A DNA stretch of 64,000 nucleotides from Felis catus (taxonomy: Eukaryota), in assembly GCF_018350175.1 (NCBI RefSeq), contig NC_058368.1:119290001-119354000 (forward strand), read 5' to 3'. The notes below the pieces were generated by a model. The model was not told the origin of the DNA. It was given only the letters and a program-made list of their open reading frames with translations, and ran no database searches. This document shows positions 38,803 to 51,149 of this stretch, piece by piece; the first letter of the stretch is position 1, and every line of letters begins with the position of its first letter. A program made the position numbers and the translations under genes.

Positions 38803-40689
38803 TTATTAGTTAATATTTATTTACATTATGAAACTGTAATGTGTGTGTGTGACCAGGTTTGGGAACCAACACGAAAGTGTTTGGTAAGTTCAGAACTCAA
38901 ATGGAGTGCATGGATGCACTAGAGTAAAGCATACTAGATACTAGTCATCCGCATGCTGAGGCACTAGTTAACCCATTTGTTTAATAAAAAGTCAGTTAAG
39001 TGGAGGGGATCAATAGGACTGCCCACTGTACATTTTATCAATTTATCTGCAAAGAACCCAAATAAAATTGACAAACATAGGCAAAGAAGGAAAGTTATTG
39101 GACAGATCTAAGAAGACACAACAAGTTGAAGTAAAGCTGAACAGCCAGGTTCTCAGTAGGATGGGAACTAGGGAAGAACTGGCTATCTTGGGAGCAGGCA
39201 CTAATGGATAGTCTTCTACAGGTCTATCACTGGATGAGTTGGCTCCAATGTTTTTCATATTTGTGTCACTCTGATGAGGATCTGAATGTCTATGAGAAGG
39301 ACTCTGATTGGCTTCTGTATCATACAGACTCTCCTCAACCAGGGAAGAGCAGACCCTACAAAGGATCCTCCACCAAGACTACATGCACTAGGGAGGGATC
39401 ATTCTCCAGAGACAACCCAAGGAAGGGGCTGTAAACAGAGGAGGGGGAATGTGCATAGTGATCTGTAAGTTTGGGCAAGAAACCACATTAGCCAGGAGAA
39501 GATTTAGTGCCCTAGAAATGAGTCTGGATTCTGTCTAGAAGAAGGTAGAAAGTGTTCAGAGTAAAAGAAAACCTATAGCTGCTGACTGTTGCTTTATGCT
39601 TTGACATGCATTTTCCCAGCAGCTTCTCAAGGCTTCTACCTTCTGAAGCTCTGAGGGGAATGTGCCAATTTCCTCAACCACCCACATTGTTCCAGCTGAG
39701 AGTAGGTGTGGAAGTCTGGATCCAGGCCCCAGTTTGTCACTTAATAGCTGCCTGATCTTAGGTGAGCCGCTGCTTCTAAATACCCCAGATTCTCCATACA
39801 CAAGCTGAAAGACGCTTCCAGATGTGATGCTTTGTCATTTCTATATCTGGACACATCCCCTTTCTTTATACATTTAAATATAATTTAGCAAAGCAGATAT
39901 ATTTCTATATTATTTGTTGGAATTATTTTACATGCCAGTAAATGTTACAGGTTTCAGTGGAACTGTCTATGATGTAAATGTGCTTAGAGGTAGCACATTA
40001 AGCAGCATTAAGATACACGCTGGCTAATATACTAGACTTCTTATTTGTGTTGCTTTTCTAATCTTTTATAAAGATATGTACACAAGAGGTATCTGCTTCT
40101 GCCTTGAATTCTTTCTTAATGCCCCCCTGCCAACTCCCAATGACTCATTTTCTTACTCTATTTCTTTTGTTTGCTTGTTTTCTTTTTCGGTACTCCAGGT
40201 TTGGTTTGCTTCCTTTCACTGACAATTTGAATGAGATTCTCAGGACGGTTTCCTGCAGTGTTCTGAGGGTAAGAAATGCCTTTGGTTTCTTTTAGAAAAC
40301 CCCCCTGAGGTGACCACTGAGGATCGTAGGCCCACTCCAGGCTTTGTACTGTGATACTCCCAAGAACTCAGAACCTATATAAAGGGGAGAAAAATCTACT
40401 ACCTGGCAGGATGGGAGCTTAACACCAAAATTAAATCCAGTCGCAGAAAGAAATATTACTTGTGCTCTTGAGCGTATGGGTTGAGAGATTTAGCTTACAG
40501 AGGTTTGAACTTTATTTAGTTGATGATAGGGAGCTAAGTAAGGCAAGTGGTAAGTCAAATATTTATTTTAGAAAAGTCACTTTGGCAGCCACGTGGAAGA
40601 CAGGTTGAAAAGGAGAGAGAAGAGGAGGGGAGCCTAGTCAGGAGGTTGAATCAGGGGGCTAGGCTGGACAGAATGCAGGGGTGGAAAGC

Positions 40690-41080
40690 TAACTCATCCT
40701 CTGCTTCTCTACCAAATCACTTCCTTTCTGTTAGGACATATGGCTAGACTACATTTCCCAATCTTCTGGCCAGGCAGGGCAGTGTTGCTCAATTTGGAGC
40801 AGAGGAATGTGGGCAGACGTGAGGTACATGTCCCATATGAACCTACTCATGCCCTTTCTTCCCCAGTCTGCCAGCCAAATGTGTGGACACCAGGGGGACC
40901 TGCAACCATGTGTAAATGGAGGAGCCTCCATGGGGCTGGGTCCCTGAATGACTTCATGGAGTACATACAAAGTTGTGTATACACCTTCAACGTGCGAGCA
41001 AGAAATAAATTGCCATTATGTTAAGATGCCAAAATTTCCAAGTTCATTTGTTAATGCAGCTCATGTCATCATCACTAATA
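40690..41080 (+). mobile_element. MaLR LTR (MLT1I/J-like)
   Basis: gctagactacatttccca...gaatgtgggcaga...gggtccctgaatgac...gagcaagaaataaatt...atttgttaatgcagc...actaatata. Confidence 0.7.
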
Positions 41081-41589
41081 TAATCCTCAAAGCTCTCTGG
41101 TTAGAGCAGAGCTCAGTCATTTGCATGCAATGTTGTGTAACCACTCTGCCCCTAACCACACTCGCATTAGAGGGAAAAATAGAAGAGCAAAATGAAGAAA
41201 ATACATGTTACATGTTTCACCGTCCAGGGCTAAGCACTCTTAATGATCTGGTAGATTTTCTCTCATTCTTTTTTTTTTTTTTTTTTCCTATAGCAAAAAA
41301 AAAAAAAAAAATGCTACACTTAGTTTGTTCCAATACTAAATTTTTCACCCAGTGACTTATTTATTGACTCAACATTCATTGTATGCCTGTGTGTCAGAAA
41401 CTGTGCTCACTGGTAGGGATTAAAAGAACAGACACAACAGTTTCTGTCCTCAAGGAAACTATAGCCTCATGGAGGATAGAGATGCTTAAGCAGATAATGA
41501 CTAAGATAATGACACAGAAAATGTGTCAGCAGAGTGACAGAGAAGGGAATTAAGCAAAAGGGAAGAGCACCTAACATTAAAAAAAAAAA

Positions 41590-41777
41590 AATTCACTGAA
41601 CTCTTGTTATATGTTAGGAACTGATTTAATCACCTTTTGGATATAAACTAATTTAATCCTCATGACAATCCCATGAGATACACGTCACAGTATGTCAGTG
41701 TTACAGGTGAGGAAACTAAACCCTAGATGAGTTCAGGAACTTACCCCTTGTCTAAGGTCTCGCTGAGAAGGGGTTCA

Positions 41778-41780
<3 letters not shown>
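41590..41780 (-). mobile_element. MIR
   Basis: atttaatcctcatgacaatcccatgagata...ttacaggtgaggaaactaa. Confidence 0.65.

Positions 41781-41827
<47 letters not shown>
41781..41827. repeat. (GT)n microsatellite
   Basis: Directly visible perfect tract. Confidence 0.95.
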
Positions 41828-41829
<2 letters not shown>

Positions 41830-41915
41830 CAGAGTTGACTTCTTAGATGAGTTTCAAAGACAGGGACTGGGAAGGGCAGAGTTACATGTGAGCAACTACA
41901 AGTGGCCCAGTTCTT

Positions 41916-42133
41916 TTTTTTTTAATTTTTTGAATGTTTATTTATTTTTGAGAGACAGAGACAGAGTGTGAGTGGGGAAGGGTCAGAGAGAGAAGGAGAC
42001 ACAGAATCTGAAGCAGGCTCCAGGCTCTGGGCTGTCAGCACAGAACCTGAGGTGGGGCTTGAACTCACAAACCATGAGATCATGACCTGAGCCGAGGTCA
42101 GACACTTAACCGACTGAGCCACACAGGCGCCCC
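41916..42133 (-). mobile_element. Can-SINE (SINEC_Fc-like)
   Basis: Full body; TSD caagt(g/a)gcccagttctt at 41899 and 42135. Confidence 0.96.
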
Positions 42134-43248
42134 TCAAGTAGCCCAGTTCTTGCTACATTCCCAGTAGCCTTGTGACATAGACTAATTTCAGGATGTGAGG
42201 CTCTAAAGAAAATCTACTTCAGCTTACAAATTCTGGGTAGGAGAGGAAGACTGCTCATTGGCTTTTGATGTCATATTGACTCCACTAGCTAGTAAATGTG
42301 ACACAAGTTGTGTTCTAGAATACAAAATACTGGTAACCCTTCCTCCCCGAAGGCTGGAGCTGGTAAAAATGAAACAGGTCATATAAAAAGAGAGAAAGAG
42401 ACAATTGTAGAGACAATGATGACAGCTGAAAGCTCGATCACATCCAGAGGGGACATACATTTTCACAGACCCACAGCTGGGTTAAATAAATGCTAAGGAA
42501 TAAGGGGTCCGTGATATTTCATTAATGAGTTAGAGGAAGCAGCCATACTGGGAAGAGGCTGGGTTTTCAGCAAAGAGCTGTGAACAAACTTGGCCTGAAT
42601 CCATCCTTAGATCAGCCATAAGACTGCCTCTTAATCTTGCTATTTTCATCCAAAAATCAAGGAGACAAACGATCGCAAAAAAGTCTGCACATGAAGCCAG
42701 TCTTTTTTCCTCTTTTCCTTTCTAAGCTCCAAACACTCATTTCCTTTATGATTTTTTAGTTAAAATTTGAACTCTCCCCATCAGGAGCCCTCTCCACTGC
42801 CTGATATTCTTGCCTTTTCAGTAGGACACCGTGAAAAGGCCCATTTTCTCCTCTTGCCCCAAGATGGACATATGAGATAGGAGCGGCTATCTCACTCACC
42901 CACCACTTCTGGAAATCCGTACTTGCACACTTTCCCACATACTGTGACTTTACATTGAAAGCAGTCCTCACTACTGCCTTATTTGGAGAAAGAGGCCAGA
43001 AAACCAAGGGCCTGTTAAAATAAGCAGAATTTGGGGGGCTATAAAGAAACTCTGAGAAGCCACAGTCACTCTGTGGCTTAGTAGGAATCTCAAAGGGTGA
43101 TCTGCATTCCTCACTTAAGCAGGGTTGGTCTTGAGTCAATGTTGTTCCAAGATTAAGCAAGGCTGTAGAATTCTAGTTGCAAGTGAAGATTTATCACATA
43201 AAGTCACCTCACAATATTTGCTACATTCTTACAAGGTTTTTCTTGGTT

Positions 43249-43500
43249 CACTGTTTCCCAAACTATGTGCTGAATACATGTCCCACCTGCTGAAATATGA
43301 GGTTGTTTAAAGTGGTTCATGGACAGAGCATTTAATAACACTAAATCACAGAAGCCAAACATTATTCTCTTTTAAATGGTCTTCCAATCTCTCTTTGGGC
43401 TTCAAGGTGAAAGCCACTGTGCTGGTGTGCCTTTAACAGCTTTCCACACTGAGCTGATATGCCTTTTGCTGAAGGAAGAGCAAGCCTCAGCCAAGCAACA
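43249..43500 (-). mobile_element. MER113-like hAT element, left part (continues at 47479)
   Basis: TIR-like cactgtttcccaaact; agcatttaataacactaaatcaca...agcaagcctcag...gcaacag resembles the recalled consensus. Confidence 0.55.
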
Positions 43501-43504
43501 GAAT

Positions 43505-44021
43505 TTTTTTTAATATGAAATTTATTGTCAAATTGGTTTCCATACAACACCCAGTGCTCATCCCAAAAGGTGCCCTCCTCAATACCCATCACCCACCCTT
43601 CCCTCCCTCCCACCCCCTATCAACCCTCAGTTTGTTCTCAGTTTTTAAGAGTCTCTTATGGTTTGGCACCCTCCCTAACTTTTTTTTTCCTTCCCCTCCC
43701 CCATGGTCTTCTGTTAAGTTTCTCAGGATCCACATAAGAGGGAAAACATATGGTATCTGTCTTTCTTTGTATGACTTATTTCACTTAGCATAACACTCTC
43801 CAGTTCCATCCACGTTGCTACAAAAGGCCATATTTCATTCTTTCTCATTGCCACGTAGTATTCCATTGTGTATATAAACCACAATTTCTTTATCCATTCA
43901 TCAGTTGATGGACATTTAGGCTCTTTCCATAATTTGGCTATTGTTAAAAGTGCTGCTATAGACATTGGGGTACAAGTGCCCCTATGCATTTTCCCTTGGG
44001 TAAATTCCTAGCAGTGCTATT
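43505..44021 (-). mobile_element. Young felid L1 3' end (5'-truncated, ~0.5 kb)
   Basis: ORF2 C-terminus GTCTPMSIAALLTIAKLWKEPKCPSTDEWIKKLW; TSD caacagaat at 43496 and 44023; highly similar to 59797-60632. Confidence 0.96.
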
Positions 44022-45517
44022 CCAACAGAATATTTTTAACACATATATTGAGGTATAATTGACATAAAGCAAACTGTCTATTTAAAGGTGTAATTTGAAA
44101 TGATTGGATATCAGTATATACCCTGAGACCACTACCACAATCAAATTAATAAATATTTCTAACACCCCCAAAATTTTTCTTGTGACCCACTGTGATCCTT
44201 CCCTCCCACACCTCACCAATTCTATCCCTTCCCAGGTAACAACTGACCTTCTTTCTGCTACTGTAGTTTCCGTTTTATGAAAGCTCTATAAAAATTGAAT
44301 AATACAGTGTGTACTCTTTATTTTAGTCTCATGGCTTTCACTTAATATAATTATTTTGAGATTCTTCCAACATGGCGATCTGATTCAATAGTCCATTCCT
44401 TTTTATAACTGGGTAGTATTCTACTATATGAATATACCACAATTTGTTTATCCATTCATGTGCTGATGGTCATTTGAGTGTTTCCAGTTTTAGGTTATTG
44501 CAAATAAAGCTACTGTGAACATTCTTGAGCAGGTCTTTTCAATTTTAGCTATTCTGGTAGGTATATAGTCATTTCACACTGTGGTTTTAAATTGCATCTC
44601 CCTAATGAATAATGATGTTGAACATATTTCATTATGCTATGTTTGCCATCTGTTTATCTTATTCGGTGAGGTGCCTTTTTAAAACATTTGCTAATTTAAA
44701 AATTTTGGTTGTCTCATTATTGAATTTCAGAGTTCTTTATCTTGGATATAAGTACTTTGTTAGGTATTCAATTTGCAAATTTTTTTTCCCAGTCTGTGGC
44801 TTGCCTTCTCATACTCTTAACAGTGTTCTATAAGAGCAAAAGTCTCTAATTTTGACAAATTAAATTTGTTCGATTTATCATTTTTTTTCTTTTAGATGTT
44901 GTACTTTTCATATCTTAAGAAATATCTGCCTAAGCCAAGGTCACAACAATTTCCTTCTGTTTTTTCTTCTGGCAGATTTATAGGTTTAGATTTTATCTTT
45001 AAGTCTATGATTCATTTTGAGTTAATTTTTGCTTAGAAGGTATGAATTGAATTTTTTATATGATACTCAATTGACCCAATACCATGATTGAAAAGATTAT
45101 ACTTTCTCCCTTGAATGACCCTTGCACTTACGTCAAAAATCCATTGTTTGTATATGTGTGGGTCTATTTCTAGACTCTGTTCTACTTTGATGATCTATAT
45201 GTTCATCTTTATCCCACTACTACACTGTCTTATTTGCCATAGCTTTGTATTGGCTATTCTAGAGGTCCTTTGTATTTCCATAAAAATTTTAGGATCATCT
45301 TGTCAACTTTAATCAAAAGAACTGTTGGGATGTTGTTTGGACTGCACTGAATATACAGATAAATTTGAGAACTAACTTCTTAACAACATTAAGCTTTTCA
45401 ACCCATTAACACCATCTTTCTCAATTTGTTTAGGTTATCATACCAAATTCATGGTCACACCTGTGACCCCTTAGACAATGGCTCCTCCTCTCTCAAAAAT
45501 AAATAAACATTAAAAAA

Positions 45518-45700
45518 TTTTTAATTTATTTGAAGAGAGAGAGAGACAAAGAGAGAAAGAGAGAGGGAGAGAGAGAACAAGTGGGGGAGGGGCAGAGAGA
45601 AAGAGAGAGAGAAGATCCCAAGCAGGCTCCGCATCATCAGCACAGCACATCTCCAGACCAAGAGTCGGATCCTTAACCAACCGAGCCACCCACGCACCCC
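45518..45700 (-). mobile_element. Can-SINE with internal deletion, tail-to-tail with an orphan plus-strand SINE tail (45488-45517)
   Basis: ccgagccacccacgcacccc head and GA tract; central segment missing; preceded by ctctctcaaaaataaataaacattaaaaaa. Confidence 0.85.
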
Positions 45701-45793
45701 TTAGCAGTTTGATTATGATGTTCCCTAGTGTTGTTTTCATTGACTTTCTTAGATCTGTGAGTTTATAGTTTTTATCAAATTTGGGACAATTTT

Positions 45794-46021
45794 GGGGGCG
45801 CCTGGGTGGCTCAGTCTGTTAAGCGTCCGACTTCAGCTCAGGTCACGATCTCGGGGTCAGTGAGTTCGAGCCCCGCGCCCGGCTCTGCGCTGATGGCTCA
45901 GATCCTGGAGCCTGCTTCTGATTCTGTCTCTCTTTCTCTCTCTCTGCCCCTCCCCCGTTCATGCTCTGTCTCTCTCTGTCTCAAAAATAAATAAACGTCA
46001 AAAAATAAAAATAAAAAAAAT
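45794..46021 (+). mobile_element. Young SINEC_Fc-like SINE
   Basis: CpG-rich near-consensus body; perfect 17-bp TSD aaatttgggacaatttt at 45777 and 46022. Confidence 0.97.
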
Positions 46022-46686
46022 AAATTTGGGACAATTTTGGCCAATATTCTTCAAATATTTTTTTCTGTCCTCTTTTGTCTCTTCTTGATGAACTCCAAAT
46101 ACAAATATATTAGGCTGCTTAAAGTTGTGCCATAGCTAACACATGCTCTTTTTGTTTTTTAAAAAAATCTCTTTACTGTGTTTCACTTTGCATTGTTCCC
46201 ATTGTGATGCCTTTAAATCCATGGATCTTTTCTTGTTCAATGTCTAACCTGTCATTAATCCCTTTGGCATAGTCCTCATCTTTAGCACTGTGATTTTCAT
46301 TTGTAAAAGCTCACTTTTAATTTCTCTTAAATGGTGTGATGTAGTATTTTTAATATCTTCTTTGTATCTACTTAACTTTTTAAAAATATGGAATGTAGTT
46401 ATAGTAACTATTTTAATGTCCTTCTCTGCTAATTGTAACCTCAATGCCAATTCCAAGTTGGTTTTAACGGACCGATTTTTTTCCTCCTCATAGATAATGT
46501 TTTCCTGCTTCTTATCATGTCTAGTAATTTTTTTAGATTCATGGCCAAACACTGAATTCTAGCTTGTTGGGAGCTGAATATTTCTGTATTCCTGTAAGCA
46601 AAATTGAATTCTGTTCTGAGTCACAATTAAGTTATGTGGAAACAGTTTGATCCTTTGGGGGTTTGCTTTTAAGATTTGTTAAATGA

Positions 46687-46914
46687 GTGGCACCTGGGTG
46701 GCTAAGTCAGCTGAGCGCTGGACTCCTAGCTAGTTTCGGCTCAGGTCATGATCTCACGGTTCATGGCTTTGAGCCGTGTGGTGGGCTTTGCGCTGGCAAC
46801 ATGGAGCCCGCTTGGGATTTTCTGTCTGCTTCTCTGTCCCTCCCCCCACTTGCACATGCTCTCACTCTCTCTCTTTCTCTCTCTCTCAAAAATAAATGAA
46901 TAAACATTAAAAAA
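46687..46914 (+). mobile_element. Can-SINE
   Basis: ggcacctgggtggctaagtcag head, CT tract, A tail; TSD atttgttaaa. Confidence 0.93.
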
Positions 46915-47478
46915 TATTTGTTAAAGAATACCAGAGCAGTAGTCATTCTAAGGATAATTATTCACCACTTCTAAGGCAAGATCTTCTGGGTTGTCTACAT
47001 GTGAATCACGATGTTTTCCAATCTGCCTAACAGGAGCACGCACTACACTTGGCCCTGTGAGAGTCCCAAGTACTATTTCCTCTAATCATTTGGGTGGTTA
47101 TTTCTCCATCTTCGTAGATTCCTCCTATTCATTGCTGGGCAGTGCCCTGCTGAGGCCCAAGGGGACTTGTGCACATTTCTGGGACACTTGCAGTGCAGCT
47201 CTCCCTTCTCTACTCAGTGTCTTCTAACTCCTAGCCTGTTCCCCCTGCACTCTCAGCAACATCTCTCCCATTCAGGGAGATTCCTGGGATCCTATCCCTG
47301 TACTGTTGCTTGGGTACTCTAGACGGTAAGCTGGGGCAATTGTTGGGCTCACTTCACTTGTTCCCTTTCTCAGAGACCACTGTCCTTTATTGTCTGATGT
47401 TCAGTGTCCATTGCAGTTGTTCGAGGCAGGAGGGTAGACATGGTCCCTATCACTCCATCTTGGCTGGGAACGGAAGTG

Positions 47479-47732
47479 TACAGCTAGAATTGTAATATTA
47501 TTTTGTCTCCTTATGTTTATTTTTATGGCTACCTTCCGTTTATGGTCACTGATACTGATTTTCCATTGGTAACAGGTAATGTAATTTTCCCTTTTTAAGT
47601 AAGTCAGTTGAAATGTGAAAAGGTAAGGTCAAATTTAAGAAAAATATTTAGTAAATAATAATAAAGGTAATAAAGAGATATGACAAATAATATGACGGTG
47701 GTGAGAAAAGATAGAAATTTGGAAGAAGAATG
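47479..47732 (-). mobile_element. MER113-like hAT element, right part
   Basis: agctagaatt...gatactgattttccatt...aatttaagaaaaatatttagtaaataata...gaaatttggaa resumes where the left part stops. Confidence 0.6.
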
Positions 47733-48864
47733 ACCAAGCTTATCAATAAGATCCAGGTAATACTGGGTATTGTGATGTATTAATCAACACCCGGCTGAAG
47801 AGTCTTGGCTCAAGATAGCTACCAAGCTTAAGTTTATTAGAGTTTAGGGATGTCAAGGATCATAGACATCCTGATCTCAAGATGCCCAGATTTCATGGGG
47901 GCTTCCAGGAAAAAAGAAGGGAATATGCAGTGGCTACCTGAGATAGCCTATCTTTTTTATGATGTTTATTCCATATAAGTAGCGCTTTCCATATAGTAGA
48001 TGCTCCGTAAATATTCTTGAATGAACTGGTATCAGACACCATGCTAGGTAACGGTCAATTCACAGGTGAAATAATTCAGGAAAACTTGAGGGAGCTATTT
48101 GGCTTGCCATGACATCCAAAAAGAGAGAGTTGATTGCTTTTTAACTTTTTAGTTTGACGACAGGTCTCACCCAATAAAACCAGGACTGTATACTCTCGTT
48201 TAAATGAGTGACGTACATCAGCTTCTGTTGGCACAGTTGCTGTCACAGACGTGGCAAATAAAGCACCTATGACCCCTTAGACAATGGTTCCTCTAACTGA
48301 TGGAAACAAAAATTGCTGTTCTGGCTCAATCTAGAGACTCAGTGTGTAGAGAAAACCTAAATTTACTTCTGGCCTTGATATAAACTCATGTGCTTGGCCC
48401 CGCCTGGGCACAAATGACTGTGCCGTCCTCACAGGCAGCCTGCCCTGTAATGATTGGTCATATTTGCTGTTCTTGCTGCTGTCAGAACTCTATCCCCCAC
48501 ATAACACGCAAACACCAACCTCTGCAGAAGTCAGTAATGATGCAGGTTTATCAGCCTGGAAGGTCAGCCTATATTACAGAGCGGACAATTTTGGCTGATT
48601 AGAAGCCTCAAACACTGATAGCAACTCGAACATCTATTACTGTTTAAAACAAAACAAGAAAAGCCCGCAGCTTGCTCTCCTGTGATTTATTCCTTGAGGG
48701 TACGGTCAGAAAGATGATTACATCAGACTGTCCAGAATCAAAGGCTTGTAGCATCAAGCATTTGCCTACTTGTTCTTGGACCTTGCATCAGGAGGTACAA
48801 AAGAACACAAAGACCATGTGGCAGGACAGGAAAGGCAGAGAACACAATGAAGCTGAGTATGGAT

Positions 48865-49055
48865 GGTAAGGAACGTTGTGGAGACAGAGAGAACCTGGGT
48901 TTGAATCTAGGGCCGATTATCACTTACCAGCCCTGGGACCTAGGCAGGTATGCTGAGCCCTCCTCAGACTCAGTTTTCCATCTACAGAATGAGTAAAGTA
49001 CCATTTACCTCACAGGTTGTTGAGGATTAAATAGTATGACAAATACATAAACCCA
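48865..49055 (+). mobile_element. MIR
   Basis: acctgggtttgaatc...cacttaccagc...ctcagttttccatctacagaatg...acctcacaggttgttgaggattaaat. Confidence 0.8.
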
Positions 49056-49598
49056 AAATTCAGTGTGGAAATACCAGGTTTTAATTACACTCACAGATAT
49101 ACCTTTTTAAGTTTTTAGATGGATCTTTGGAAAATGGTAGAAACTTTTGGACATCAAAAACCTTTGTGCTTCCTGAAATGCTGTGAATGTTGGGAGGGCA
49201 GTACTGTGGTGGGAAAAGGTGAGGCATTGAAGACCCGGGTTTGACTGCTATGTGCACCACTTCCCAACTAGGTGGCATTCATCAGTAAAAGAGGAATCTT
49301 AAGAGTAGCTCCTTTAAGGGTTATTGCAACATTAGATGAGTTAAATGAATTATGCTACACAGTTAGTGGAGTTATCTGTTCTGAGCCAGACAGAGAAAAG
49401 CAGTTTCAGAAATAACATCTTTCATGCAAAGAATCACTGAGAATCCGAAATTACCTGAATTTAATGGAGGAAATTACATGCTCACAAATATGGATATTTC
49501 CATAGGATTTAGGATAATTTCTAGTGACATGTAAGACCTATCTACATTACAGATGTCTCACTACCCACAGCCATCAAACTTAAAGCTAATTCTGTCCA

Positions 49599-49819
49599 GG
49601 GCGCCTGGGTGGCTCAGTCGGTTAAGCGTCCGACTTCAGCTCAGGTCACGATCTCGCGGTCCGTGAGTTTGAGCCCCGCGTCGGGCTCTGGCTGACGGCT
49701 CAGAACCTGGAGCCTGCTTCCGATTCTGTGTCTCCCTCTCTCTGTCCCTCTCTCTGCCCCTCCCCTGTTCATGCTCTGTCTCTCTCTGTATCAAACATAA
49801 ATAAACGTTAAAAAAAAAA
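49599..49819 (+). mobile_element. Young SINEC_Fc-like SINE
   Basis: Near-consensus with CpGs intact; perfect 17-bp TSD aaagctaattctgtcca at 49582 and 49820. Confidence 0.97.
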
Positions 49820-50684
49820 AAAGCTAATTCTGTCCACCAGCCATAATCACACAATCTCTATTATCACCAAGCAGTAAATTATTTTTTGCCTTCAGGCAGA
49901 AGCAGATCCTTCTATGTCTGTGATCTGTACGGTCTTAACAGTCTCCCATATGTCGCACACAAGGGTGAAAACCCTGCTCCCTTATCCTTTTTTAGGAGGG
50001 ATAACACAATCACCCATTTGGTAAGCACACAACTGTTTGAACAGCTCAGGCCCCCTTTACTTGAGAATCTCAGGCAGCTATTAAATTTTCGCTCAGCAAT
50101 GAGCCTCAAGTCTCTTCCCCTAGGACTGGTACTGGAAACTTTCTTTCCTCCCTGTGAATTGTACTGGGCTTATATTGAATTTTCTGCTGGTGAATGAGGA
50201 AATCAAGGAGACATGAGGTGATTTCAAAAGTACATGTTCCCCTTTCTTTTTGGCAGAGCCTAAGGGGAGAGAAAGGACAAATAGGTTATTTAAAGATTTT
50301 ATTTTATGAAGAGAAAATTAGTGGTCTCTGCAGAATGATACATATTTGAAAAAAAATGCAAGTTATAGTAGTAGTGATTCAAGTAATTAGGAAGTTCGTT
50401 TTGTCACTAGTAAAATGCGAGCTGAGACCTCACAGACAGTGGTTCCCAACAGGGGGTGAAAGGAGGGAATGGGAGTTCAGGCACCCAGTAGATGGAGAAA
50501 CATGTCCCTGTAAGGGACAACCACGTTTGTCCCATGTGCAGAATGGAAGATTTTCTACAAGGCTGTGATTCCCTTCCAACCCCACGCCCCACCCCCCCGC
50601 CACCCCGGCTGCCCCTCATAACATAGTGGCATACACTCTGTTACTCCCGTGGCTATTTTCAAACTAGGTTCTGAGTGGCAGTTT

Positions 50685-50880
50685 CTTATTACTATGCTCC
50701 AGGCACTGAGCGGGGTATTTTACATTCAATATTTACTTAAGCCTCAGGATATCACTGTGAGGATGCATTCTTATTACCCTATTTTATAGAAGGAAAAATG
50801 GAGTTGAGCGTGGGAAGTATCATGTTCCCTGTTGACCACTAGGGAGCGGTGGGGCTGGAATTCAGACCAAGTCTGTGCTC
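50685..50880 (-). mobile_element. MIR
   Basis: tactatgctccaggcactg...ttattaccctattttataga...ggggctggaattcagaccaagtctg. Confidence 0.7.
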
Positions 50881-51149
50881 TGCAGTGTTATGGTGTGAGG
50901 CCTCGCTAGACCCATTCTCTTCCTGAAACCCTACTTAGCCTGTAAAGCTCAAGCTACCCTGAGTGCTACCTTCTGCAGGAAGTAAATATTTGCTAAACAA
51001 ATCTCAAATGCTCTCCTTCTTTTAAATCACTGATAATATGCAACCATCCAACATTCATTTCTATATCTACATATCTGTATTGTGCTTAGATCTCTAATAA
51101 TCTTTTCAGTGCTTTGTCTAACCAGTTTCACACTTTACCAGATATATTT

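Larger units (their letters stand above)
44032..47477 (-). mobile_element. Old L1 (L1MC/L1MD-type) retaining both termini but internally deleted, with three SINE insertions
   Basis: 3' end ttgaggtataattgacata at ~44048; ORF2-end sequence to ~45440; ORF1/5'UTR-like sequence from ~45701; 5' terminus acttccgttcccagccaagatgg on minus at 47477. Confidence 0.75.

Noticed and set aside
42756..43160. 134-aa minus ORF containing PQSDCGF
   Set aside because: TTG start, ends in MIR-like sequence, and no other RT motifs nearby.
45794..45860. tRNA-like heads of SINEs as possible tRNA genes
   Set aside because: They are Can-SINE 5' regions followed by CT tracts, A tails and TSDs.
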